The position numbers and the translations under genes are program-made. Below are positions 47,404 through 56,156 of a stretch of DNA of 64,000 bases, in pieces. The stretch comes from a virus. The notes under the pieces are model-generated. The model was given only the letters and a program-made list of their open reading frames with translations. It did no database searches and was not told the DNA's origin. The stretch lies in the IMG/VR virus record IMGVR_UViG_3300032401_000010. One strand, given 5' to 3'. The number at the start of each line of letters is the position of its first letter. Within the stretch, counting starts at the first letter, position 1.

Positions 47404-48327
47404 TTAACCAACACGTTTCAAATAGTTAACCAAATATTCGTTAGGCTTAGGCCACCAATAAGAACCTTCTGCGCCTTCTTTAAAGTCTTCGAAGTTGGCC
47501 ACAATACTATCAAAGAATGATTTGATGGCCGGCAAAGCTAAGCCATGAGCCCCATTCTTTAATGCCCAAACAAGTGCCGCTTCATGAGTTTTATAATCAG
47601 GGGAAAACCAATTGTCATGTAGATTAACTAATCCTTTTGCAATCCTCTCCTCGATATCATAATAAGCTTGTTGCCTGGATAACCCTCTTGGTTTTTGTCC
47701 AGACATTGCAGCATACTCTTCTGGCAATTGTGCTCCAGACTTTATTGCTTTGGCTATCTTATCTATTACAATACCAATAGGAGTCCATTCAGGAACAATC
47801 TTTGATACTTCTGATCCTTTTAATAATACAGATCTTATTCTCTTTATATTTAATGGCCTATGAACTATCCCTTGGTCTTCCCCTAAGTTATTCATTTTGC
47901 CGCCTTCTTGAAACCTAGTGTCATCTGGGTCAGTTTCAATCCAATCAAGCGGTACAATCAATTCTAGAACCACTGCATCACTATTATCACCAGGGGTTCT
48001 TTCCTTATCATTACCTCCCTCGGATGATATGAAAGCATAAAATTCTGCTCCCATTAATCCTCCAGGTTGTTTTGTAACGAATATTCCTGGGCTGGACTCC
48101 TTAAATGTCTTGTTACCTCCAGACATAGCAGGATCTAATGAGCCATGAGCAAGTATCTTAGCTAATTTCTTGGATGATGTTCCATGATATACAACAACAT
48201 CTTTACCTTCAGCAAGCTCTCTAACTTCAAAACTATGAAGGCTTGTCCAATTATATGGCTCTAATGGCACAGCTAACTTAGCAAAAATAAAGGCTAAATT
48301 ATAAATATCATTAATATTTTCCATCAA
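47404..48327 (-). CDS. ADP-ribosyltransferase-fold protein (H-Y-E class, PARP/Tpt1-like HGT motif)
   Basis: VVVYHGTSSKKLAKILAHGSLDP resembles Tpt1/KptA LYHGTASRFLDEIKKQGL and the PARP HGS...GL motif. The rest of the protein is unassigned. Confidence 0.35.
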   Translation of the reverse strand: MMENINDIYNLAFIFAKLAVPLEPYNWTSLHSFEVRELAEGKDVVVYHGTSSKKLAKILAHGSLDPAMSGGNKTFKESSPGIFVTKQPGGLMGAEFYAFISSEGGNDKERTPGDNSDAVVLELIVPLDWIETDPDDTRFQEGGKMNNLGEDQGIVHRPLNIKRIRSVLLKGSEVSKIVPEWTPIGIVIDKIAKAIKSGAQLPEEYAAMSGQKPRGLSRQQAYYDIEERIAKGLVNLHDNWFSPDYKTHEAALVWALKNGAHGLALPAIKSFFDSIVANFEDFKEGAEGSYWWPKPNEYLVNYLKRVG

Positions 48328-48543
48328 AACAATGTCAATATATTCACTAAGTCAAAAACTAGGAAAAATTAATTTGGCTGGCACTTCAGGTACATAATCT
48401 GTTGGGAGCACACCGGTACCGTCGCATACGCCACAAGTTTCGCATGGATGACAGTCGCCAACATGCCAGCCACGCCCTTTGCACTAATGACACCGTACCT
48501 TATTTGCTTGATCCTTATGCTCGTCCATCACACATTCTCCGTG

Positions 48544-48635
48544 TCTCAAGTTCTGGAGTTGAACCAGAATCTCCCGGCCTATGGTCCGTACCGAAGTGCG
48601 TAGCACCGGAGTTCTACCGATTGAACTAACTTGAG
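48544..48635 (-). ncRNA. tRNA-like structured RNA (canonical acceptor, D and T arms; non-canonical anticodon/variable region)
   Basis: Minus strand: CTCAAGT-TA-GTTC-AATCGGTA-GAAC ... TCTGG-TTCAACT-CCAGA-ACTTGAG-A. The 41-nt central segment has no clean 5-bp/7-nt anticodon arm. Locally GC-rich and free of ORFs. Confidence 0.4.
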
Positions 48636-48712
48636 GGGTTTGAATCACCTCTATTATGGATCTTCTGGCCGAGGATTAAGTTTCGATATTAACATCTAAC
48701 TTTAGTTAACTA

Positions 48713-48919
48713 TTATTTGGCAGCCTTGTTCCTCTTTTTTAGGTAAGGAGCATGACCCTCCGCTGGCTTCCGAGCTTCCTTCTTACCCTTAAGCCACGCC
48801 TTGACCTTATCGGTCTCATCATGCTGTTTAGCCCACTGTTTTAGAGAAAACCTCTCAGCGGGCTTGCCAGCAAGATACTTTTTGTACGTAGCCCTAAGAT
48901 TGTTAGCAATAATACTCAT
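48713..48919 (-). CDS. hypothetical small basic protein
   Basis: 68-aa Lys-rich ORF. Confidence 0.35.
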   Translation of the reverse strand: MSIIANNLRATYKKYLAGKPAERFSLKQWAKQHDETDKVKAWLKGKKEARKPAEGHAPYLKKRNKAAK

Positions 48920-48975
48920 TTGTTTTCTATTTAACTCCGGTTATCTCAAGTTTGGTATCTGATAGTTCTGGCTCT

Positions 48976-51255
48976 TCAAACATTAGGGTTTTTATTTTTT
49001 AATTGTTCTAAAAACGATTCTGCATTGGCATAAGTCTTAACAGCCGTATCAATTTCATTACGAATAGCTATATTCTCAAGATGAATAGTAATTGATGTGT
49101 CTATATCCTGTGGTGATACCGATATAAACTTATCCAATTTGGACTTGAATTTTGCTCGTTGTTCGGTGGTTAATTTATTAATCTCAAATTTATGATCTTT
49201 ATTTAACCATTTAACAAGTTTTTCCGCCTCGGCCTGATTGTTGTTTACAAACCAAGTCATTTTCTCGCGCCAAATATGATCTGCTACCTTGCGAATCACA
49301 TCTCCGGTAGCGCCTTCTAACCTTTGTGCAAGAGCAGACCAAACATTGTTATTAAGTTCCGATGAAGTTGGGATATAATCAGTAAAGTTTTTTAACAACT
49401 GTATACGATGATCGTTAGTTAATTTTCCGCAAATAATTACTTTTGAAAATCTTCGTAACATAGCGATTGGAATGTTTTGAGGAGTATTCGTTGCTCCCCA
49501 AACACTCAAACTTGGATAATGAACAACGCCATCCATCAATGTTTGAAACTCAAGCGTAAGATTCGAATCTCCATTACGAGATAGCTCTGGCTTCCTTAAC
49601 ACAGAATCAATCTCATCAATCAAGATATGAACATGCTTACCGCTATTTTTATGAAGCTTCAAAGCGCATTCAAATAAACGCTTAGGGTTTTTCTCCATCT
49701 CACCTTTCCAACAAGTATTGAAGTCGGAACCCTGTGCATAAACACCAATGGATTTTTTATCTCCGGCAACAGAGCGCAGAATTTCTGACTTCCCGCATCC
49801 TTGCGGACCTACAAGCAGAACGTTGGATTTGTCTGCCGTCTTGCTTGGACTTGTTGCAATAAACAAATCATGCCACTTAGACGATGATTCAATTTCATTA
49901 ATAAAACTTTTGACATCATCAAAACCGCTTCCAATAATATCATCAAGCAAAATGTTGGGACGCTCACTAGGAATAATTGTTAGTGCGCCAGGAGCTTCGC
50001 CAGAGAATGGGTTACCAGCGCCAATCTTACAAACATAGAAGCTGTTCTCATCCTGATAATAGGCTTTAAGCTCCTTCTTCCTCTTCAGAACGAACTGAAT
50101 CAACTCGCTAACTTTGTTGGTATCAAAACCATTACTAAGCATTTCAGTTATTGTTTTGATTGTTTCGTTCCTGAAGTTTTGTTCAAACCTCTCTTCACTA
50201 GATAGAAGTTTGGTGTTAGGCTTATAAACGATGTTCATCGGATTAACATCTTCAAGCCTATCTACAATAGAATTAAATTCCGATTCAGAAATTGGATTAC
50301 GATAAGAACGATTGCTTTTCTTGGCGTTCGTTAATTCCTTTACCTTAACAATTTCGTTTTCAAACATTCCAGTTAATACAGAAGACATGTTCCAGAATGA
50401 ATGCAAACTGCTGGATATAAAGCTCATAAAGAACCCAGGCGTAGTAATAAATGATTTTGCCGCACCTCCGCTAATAGCTTCGCCGATAACCTGTGCCTTA
50501 CGAACAGAATAAGCCGAAACCTCATCCGGGTTTTTTCCCGCCTCAATTTCACCATGAGCATCTATATTTTCATAGATAGCCATAGCAACATCTGTGACAA
50601 TGGGATCCTTAAAAATTTCCATACCACCGCTGGAATGGCGGTTCAAAAGAGAACGATAATAATCTTCAAGAAGCCAACTTATATCTCTTTGTGCTAATTT
50701 ATATGTAAGCTCAGTAAGTTGTTCAAGATTCATAACGGCATTAGAGAATCTATTAATACAAGAACTATTAATCTGGTTCTCAACTTGAAAAGACATTAAT
50801 CGCTGAAGATCGTTGCCTTTGCCGTCAAATCTTTCATCGGAAATCATAATAGGCTGTGGAATTAAATCCTCTGCCGTACTAATAATAGCTCTGAAGAAAC
50901 TTTGGTACCTTACAGTAATTTCAAAAGCAACGCGCAAGAAGTTGTTTGCGCTAAGATTATGTCTATAATTGCTAAAATCATTCTCCATATCCTCAAGATC
51001 TTCCAACGGATTTCGCATGCGAGTAGTGGCGCGAATCTCCTGAAGCATTGCGTTATTGGACCTAGCAAGAGATTCGGCCTCAGCATCCATAATAGAGGAC
51101 GCATCCCTCATCTTTGATATGGCTTCGGTCAACATCATTAACTTATTGTTATCGATGGATCGCATTAAATCAATCAATCCATAAAAACGAGCCGGATTAA
51201 TATCCGCTGCGGAAGGGATCTTCACATCGACATTGAACATATTGGATTTAGACAT
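48976..51255 (-). CDS. large protein with C-terminal AAA+ ATPase domain
   Basis: Walker A LLVGPQGCGKSE and Walker B HILIDEIDS in the C-terminal third; N-terminal 450 aa unassigned. Confidence 0.6.
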   Translation of the reverse strand: MSKSNMFNVDVKIPSAADINPARFYGLIDLMRSIDNNKLMMLTEAISKMRDASSIMDAEAESLARSNNAMLQEIRATTRMRNPLEDLEDMENDFSNYRHNLSANNFLRVAFEITVRYQSFFRAIISTAEDLIPQPIMISDERFDGKGNDLQRLMSFQVENQINSSCINRFSNAVMNLEQLTELTYKLAQRDISWLLEDYYRSLLNRHSSGGMEIFKDPIVTDVAMAIYENIDAHGEIEAGKNPDEVSAYSVRKAQVIGEAISGGAAKSFITTPGFFMSFISSSLHSFWNMSSVLTGMFENEIVKVKELTNAKKSNRSYRNPISESEFNSIVDRLEDVNPMNIVYKPNTKLLSSEERFEQNFRNETIKTITEMLSNGFDTNKVSELIQFVLKRKKELKAYYQDENSFYVCKIGAGNPFSGEAPGALTIIPSERPNILLDDIIGSGFDDVKSFINEIESSSKWHDLFIATSPSKTADKSNVLLVGPQGCGKSEILRSVAGDKKSIGVYAQGSDFNTCWKGEMEKNPKRLFECALKLHKNSGKHVHILIDEIDSVLRKPELSRNGDSNLTLEFQTLMDGVVHYPSLSVWGATNTPQNIPIAMLRRFSKVIICGKLTNDHRIQLLKNFTDYIPTSSELNNNVWSALAQRLEGATGDVIRKVADHIWREKMTWFVNNNQAEAEKLVKWLNKDHKFEINKLTTEQRAKFKSKLDKFISVSPQDIDTSITIHLENIAIRNEIDTAVKTYANAESFLEQLKNKNPNV

Positions 51256-51293
51256 TTACTTAATTTTTCTAACTTTCGCCCAGTGTTTAGTTT

Positions 51294-51331
51294 TAAATTG
51301 CAAAGATGGCTTCTGCTGTTCGTTTATCTTT
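51294..51331 (-). promoter_or_regulatory. 10-bp-stem hairpin in the putative 5' UTR of the AAA+ gene (or a terminator of the upstream gene)
   Basis: TTGCAAAGAT-N18-ATCTTTGCAA inverted repeat followed by a T-rich tract on the minus strand. It lies between a TTGACT-N16-TACATT element (about 51375-51410) and the ATG at 51255. Confidence 0.4.
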
Positions 51332-51415
51332 GCAAACAACAGAAATGCCGTAATCAAATTAGTGATTATCAGAATCAGGTACAATGTAGTAACGCCTATC
51401 TAAAAGTCAAGAGCA

Positions 51416-51847
51416 TTAAAATTTTCTGAACCAGTTTTTGTTTTTTAATAATTCACGCTTAAAATGACGTTGATCTGCAAAAGATTCATAATCGCCAACG
51501 CTAATATCTAATAACGAATCTGGTAAATTCTCCATAATTATTTCACCATATCGTTCAAAACTAGCTGGTCTTATTAACCACATCTCTCCAGTAATCTTGG
51601 CATCCTGAACGTCATAAGGCTTATTTGCAATAACCTTGTTAGATGTTCTATAAACAAATGCTGGTGCATAACTTAAACAACAACCAAGAGCCAGCAAACA
51701 ACCCTCTATAGTTGGGGACACACAGATACGACGATCAACAGGTTCATCATCACCCCGATTGGATCCATAAGACTTTGGCTTTAAAAGTTTCTTATAAGCC
51801 CATTTCTTTTGGGTGATGTGATAATAGTATTGTCTTATTGATACCAT
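51416..51847 (-). CDS. hypothetical protein
   Basis: 143-aa ORF. Confidence 0.4.
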   Translation of the reverse strand: MVSIRQYYYHITQKKWAYKKLLKPKSYGSNRGDDEPVDRRICVSPTIEGCLLALGCCLSYAPAFVYRTSNKVIANKPYDVQDAKITGEMWLIRPASFERYGEIIMENLPDSLLDISVGDYESFADQRHFKRELLKNKNWFRKF

Positions 51848-52041
51848 AGATCAAATTAGGTCGGCGGCATTACCAGCTCGACAACTTCATGCGTATATTT
51901 TCTCTATCCAGTTTTCGAAAAGCAAGAAACAGTCTTTACACAAATGAAACTTTTTGCAAAAAGATTCTTTATTTGGCGGCCCGAATACTATAGCACCAAA
52001 CTCTTCAAGCTCTTCTTCACATCTGTCACACTTCGGCTCAA

Positions 52042-52824
52042 TCATCGCTTCCGCCTCTTACTCTTTGTTTCGTTTCTTAATTCTTCTCTAATATCAACTA
52101 ATATATCTCTAAGAAGTTCTACTACTTTCTTTTTTGATTCTTCGGTATACCCTTTAGTTAAAATTAAACTATTTTGCAAAGCATATCTTATATGATTAGC
52201 GATATCATTATTTAATTCTTCAGGAGGGGAATCTATAGACATATGCTGATACATCTTTGGGGCTTGGTAATTTGGTGGTATCTTATGGATAACAAGCTCT
52301 TTCCATTTATCAAAATTAACAGCGCCAGTATCATTACAATCATTACAATCTTGTTTTATTCTGCCTTCCCCAGTTTCATGCATGCAAGTTGGACAATCAT
52401 AAAGAACTGACTCGATATAATCTTCCTGGCTATCCGCTGGAAGAACTTCGATGTCCTGACGAACAGGTTGTTCCATCATATGCCTGAGAACATTAGGAGC
52501 AACAAGATCAGAGTTTAGTAATCGCATCACCTCATCAGAAGCATCATCTTCCTTTTCTCCTTCAATAAATGCCTCCCTTAAAACTTTAGGGACTGGCACA
52601 GGCTCCAGAGCGTTGTGTTTAATTTCCTGACGAAAACACACTATACCATCGATAACAGCAGATGGCAACTCTAGAGGAGCATCATGGTTTAACCAATACT
52701 CTTTCGCCTCTGTAGTTGTTTTTGGTTTACCACCAGCCGATACAAAATCTAATTCTTTTGGTAAATATGGTGTAGGCAGATCATATGGAATAGGATCTTG
52801 TTCTTTATATTTTCTATCACTCAT
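52042..52824 (-). CDS. hypothetical protein with Cys cluster
   Basis: CPTC...C..C..C cluster near residue 150. Confidence 0.45.
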   Translation of the reverse strand: MSDRKYKEQDPIPYDLPTPYLPKELDFVSAGGKPKTTTEAKEYWLNHDAPLELPSAVIDGIVCFRQEIKHNALEPVPVPKVLREAFIEGEKEDDASDEVMRLLNSDLVAPNVLRHMMEQPVRQDIEVLPADSQEDYIESVLYDCPTCMHETGEGRIKQDCNDCNDTGAVNFDKWKELVIHKIPPNYQAPKMYQHMSIDSPPEELNNDIANHIRYALQNSLILTKGYTEESKKKVVELLRDILVDIREELRNETKSKRRKR

Positions 52825-52826
52825 TT

Positions 52827-53069
52827 TTATTTAGATATTAATGGAACATTACAATTAAATTCATCTTCGATCTTCTTAATCTCAGCACACTTCTTTAATA
52901 TATCAAGCTGATCGTCAGTAGCGATCACCACGAATACCGGAGCTATGTTTAGCTGCGATTTAATCTGAACCTTCATATCCTGAAGTTTTGTTTTAAAATT
53001 TTTACTGTTGCTTTCTTTAAAAAGACACAGAGTATATTTTAACTTGATTGATTCGTTAACTACTGTCAT
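52827..53069 (-). CDS. hypothetical small protein
   Basis: 80-aa ORF. Confidence 0.35.
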   Translation of the reverse strand: MTVVNESIKLKYTLCLFKESNSKNFKTKLQDMKVQIKSQLNIAPVFVVIATDDQLDILKKCAEIKKIEDEFNCNVPLISK

Positions 53070-53132
53070 ACTATAGATATATAATTTTATTGGTTTTTAA
53101 TTAATAATATTTTCTACTCAACCAGTTATATG

Positions 53133-53570
53133 CTAAGCTTTCTTAGGATCAATCGCATCTACAGCAGCAATTAGATTCAATTCTGCTTGTTCGCTCAGAG
53201 TATGTGAACCCGGTACTTGCTTACGCCATATCTGTGCTGCTTCCACTACGCGCATACGACCAATAAGCATAGTGCCAATATGTGTGTGGCATAGTGCTTC
53301 ACCCCCGTAGTTTATAAGCGCATCCAGATCATGGCGATAGATTGCGTCTCTGTCAGTTCTGCTTAGGTCCACGACAAGACAATGCTCCAATTCTTCGATC
53401 CGAGCAGAAAGAATCTTTTTCTCAGCTAACAACTCTTCTGTATGCTGGATTATTTTCTTCATATCTACAACGAAATAATGGCTCATAAACCATCCGCTGT
53501 CCAGCACTCGCTTCTTTAACTTATCAAAACTATACCAACTGTCATTAGTTTCAGATTGTGTTTTAGACAT
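53133..53570 (-). CDS. hypothetical protein
   Basis: 145-aa ORF. Confidence 0.4.
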   Translation of the reverse strand: MSKTQSETNDSWYSFDKLKKRVLDSGWFMSHYFVVDMKKIIQHTEELLAEKKILSARIEELEHCLVVDLSRTDRDAIYRHDLDALINYGGEALCHTHIGTMLIGRMRVVEAAQIWRKQVPGSHTLSEQAELNLIAAVDAIDPKKA

Positions 53571-53644
53571 ATTTGTTATTACACTTTCACGTAGTTTAAT
53601 ATATTACATTGTCTTTTTAAGACCTGTTGTTGAAAAAATACTAG

Positions 53645-53990
53645 TGCCACGGGGGAGACTTGAACTCCCAAGGTATTACTACCGGCGGATTTTAACAATA
53701 CCACATCAGCTTTCACTGACAGAAATTTCTTTGTGGTCTGGACTATACCATCTTCCTTTATGGAAGCGCTAATTATAGTCTCTGAACGTCTCCCATTTCA
53801 GGGATTTCGATGCTGGTTGTCCATTGTTGCATCTCAAATTTTTTTAAACCATCGCACTTATCGTTTCCAATTATGCTGTGGTAATTTGAGCTTTAGGAGT
53901 TTCTAGCAGTTTATAGCGTTTGCAACTAACAATTACTCGTTAGTGGGACTCAAATTTATCCGCTGCGTCTGCCGGTTTCGCCACCGTGGC
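53645..53990 (-). ncRNA. tmRNA (ssrA)-like RNA with unusually short predicted tag (ANAINC)
   Basis: 450-bp ORF-free gap. Minus-strand 5' GCCACGG pairs with the 3' CCGUGGC-A, next to a T arm GGGAG-UUCAAGU-CUCCC. The 5' region has the GCGAAACC motif of tmRNA. UAGUUGCAAACGCU matches the E. coli resume context UAGUCGCAAACGAC, then GCA AAC GCU AUA AAC UGC UAG. Confidence 0.55.
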
Positions 53991-54020
53991 ATAAACAATC
54001 GACTCTAACTATTCTCCTTT

Positions 54021-54674
54021 CTAATCCTTAGTAAACAAAAAAGCTTTTACTTTATATCCGCAAGCATCTGAAATCATCATAAAATCTTCTATAGAAACAT
54101 CTCCTCTATTCTTTTCTGACCTTTCTACAATTATAGCAGCGTCAATAATGGAACAGTTTCTTTGCGCTGCTACCCTATCAACTAGCTGTCCTTGCGTTAA
54201 CCCAGCTAATAGTCTAACACATTTAACTGGGGTGTCAAGGTCTAAATGAGCCTCACCTAGAAGACGCTCGGTCGTGGGTGTTACAATTTTTGTCGTGGGC
54301 GTTACAATTGTTTTATATTCCGTTTCATATAGTTGTGCTTTATAATAAAATTCTTCTGATGAATAACCTATCCATTTATCTCGCCGTTTGATAATTTCGG
54401 TCCCTATTTCTTCTAGGGTGCCAACAATATCGTCCCCTCCATTTTCTGTACACCATGCAATATGATGTGAGCGAATGCCATAAAGATTTATATCAGGTCC
54501 GCAATCTACCCATGGATTAACATCTGGTGAAAGATGAAGTCCGCTTTTTTCACAACTCAATATAATTTCTGCATGCTCATCACAGCAAGCAAAGATAGCA
54601 CGAGTTAGAAGTCTTTTGGTAGCCGGTTTACCACATAGAGTTAGTTCGCCAGGCCCGCTACAAATGGTTTTCAT
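54021..54674 (-). CDS. putative transcriptional regulator with C-terminal HTH (XRE-like)
   Basis: HTH segment VRLLAGLTQGQLVDRVAAQRNCSIIDAAIIVERSEKN, plus an internal TIVTPTTKIVTPTT repeat. Confidence 0.45.
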   Translation of the reverse strand: MKTICSGPGELTLCGKPATKRLLTRAIFACCDEHAEIILSCEKSGLHLSPDVNPWVDCGPDINLYGIRSHHIAWCTENGGDDIVGTLEEIGTEIIKRRDKWIGYSSEEFYYKAQLYETEYKTIVTPTTKIVTPTTERLLGEAHLDLDTPVKCVRLLAGLTQGQLVDRVAAQRNCSIIDAAIIVERSEKNRGDVSIEDFMMISDACGYKVKAFLFTKD

Positions 54675-55075
54675 TTTACCTCAGCAATACTGTGTTCAGC
54701 TTTTTTTACGGCATCAGTTACCGCATTGATAGAATTTATTAGCTTTTCTTCCTCTTCGGACAATATTGGGACAATGAATCCATTAGGAAGCTCACCAGTT
54801 TGAAATTGACGTGGGATCTTAGCAGCATAAGAGCTGCCAATACCTGGAAAGAACACAATAATTTTTTCTGCTCTACCATTTTCGAATTCTTCTTTGAACT
54901 TTGAAAGCCTCTCCATTACCCTTTCATAACTCTCTTTGTCCATAGTGACCCCAAGAGAATCCGGCGGAATAGGTTCTGGCTCACCGACAATCGCTAGACG
55001 AACCGGCTGTCCACCAATAATGAACCGATATACAGTTCCTTCTTCTGTTGTGTTTAGCTTTGACATTATTCCCAA
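54671..55075 (-). CDS. hypothetical protein
   Basis: 134-aa ORF. Confidence 0.4.
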   Translation of the reverse strand: MGIMSKLNTTEEGTVYRFIIGGQPVRLAIVGEPEPIPPDSLGVTMDKESYERVMERLSKFKEEFENGRAEKIIVFFPGIGSSYAAKIPRQFQTGELPNGFIVPILSEEEEKLINSINAVTDAVKKAEHSIAEVK

Positions 55076-55719
55076 TAGTCTTTCCAGTTATCTTTAAACT
55101 GAGTTTGCAGTTTGTTCATATAGGCATTAGTTTTTATCTTGCACATATAAACTTTATCATCAACTACACCTTTGCAAACTACTCCTTCATTAACCGAATA
55201 CTTTCCGTTCCTTACATCTTCTGAAAATTGTCCAGAGTATTTTCCTTTATAAATTACTTTGGCAATATCAAAATCTTTAAAGTCATCCAAGAATTGTTGA
55301 GGTGGAATTATTTTTCTATCAGTCATTACATCTATTAAAGTTAATTTTTTAATATCTTTAGGATCATGTTGGCCAGCAAAAGAATTTGGGCCGTGATATT
55401 CCATAAAAATAATTACTTCATTATAAATATTATAGTTTGTGTTTTCGCAAACGAAATCTAATATTTTATCTGAAATATTTTCAATAAGCTTTAAAGTTTT
55501 GTCGTCGCCTAATTCTGGATGACATTTAAAGAATTCATTGATACCAACATTATTAAGCGGAAATCTATCACGGCGCGTTCCGAAATCTATCCAGCCCCAT
55601 TTCTTATTCCATACGACATGAATATTTGTTCCGTCATATTTCTCAAAAGCTATGCAGTTGTTAAGCAAACATTTTTCGCTATTTGGAATCTTTGAATAAG
55701 CTAAATGAATTTTAGACAT
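55066..55719 (-). CDS. RNA ligase-family nucleotidyltransferase (small, KxDG)
   Basis: Motif I AFEKYDGTNIHVVW; size matches a stand-alone adenylyltransferase domain. Confidence 0.5.
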   Translation of the reverse strand: MSKIHLAYSKIPNSEKCLLNNCIAFEKYDGTNIHVVWNKKWGWIDFGTRRDRFPLNNVGINEFFKCHPELGDDKTLKLIENISDKILDFVCENTNYNIYNEVIIFMEYHGPNSFAGQHDPKDIKKLTLIDVMTDRKIIPPQQFLDDFKDFDIAKVIYKGKYSGQFSEDVRNGKYSVNEGVVCKGVVDDKVYMCKIKTNAYMNKLQTQFKDNWKDYWE

Positions 55720-55734
55720 TCGTAGCAGACTTTG

Positions 55735-55935
55735 TTATTCAGCAAATGTATAATATTTTAGTACATCATCACTATATTTATGTAATGATACGACACCTCT
55801 TTCCCATTCAATAACAATGTTTTTTTCTATATTATCTTTTATAAAAATAACGTTTCCTTTACTATATGAAATGTCGTTTAATTTCATACCGACATAAATC
55901 TTATCGAATGGAATATCACTTACTGCTTTGCTCAT
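55735..55935 (-). CDS. hypothetical small protein
   Basis: 66-aa ORF with a TTGACA-N16-TATAGT promoter and an AAAGGA site upstream. Confidence 0.4.
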   Translation of the reverse strand: MSKAVSDIPFDKIYVGMKLNDISYSKGNVIFIKDNIEKNIVIEWERGVVSLHKYSDDVLKYYTFAE

Positions 55936-56156
55936 TGGTCTTGTCCTTTTGTTACTATAACTACGTTTAGGAAAATGTCAAGCTCCGGCCTTAACTTTAA
56001 AATAAATCATTTGCATAAATTCTTTTAGCCAATGCCATTAATTCTTTTTTAAATCTATAGAAGCTATCATCTTTTCATAAAATGTTTCTATTTCTTTTCT
56101 AGATAAAAAATTGTGTGGAGGAAGCTGAAGACCAACCGGAGTATAATCCTCGACCA

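Noticed and set aside
48544-48635. Idea that the tRNA-like element is a selenocysteine or type-II (Ser/Leu) tRNA
   Set aside because: No UCA anticodon in a plausible loop, D-stem and acceptor lengths do not fit tRNA-Sec, and no clean long-variable-arm fold was found by hand. Kept only as a generic tRNA-like RNA.
53645-53990. Alternative reading of the tmRNA-like locus as a tRNA interrupted by a group I intron
   Set aside because: The GCGAAACC motif and the near-identity of the resume context to E. coli ssrA favour tmRNA. No obvious D arm or anticodon-stem halves flank the insert.
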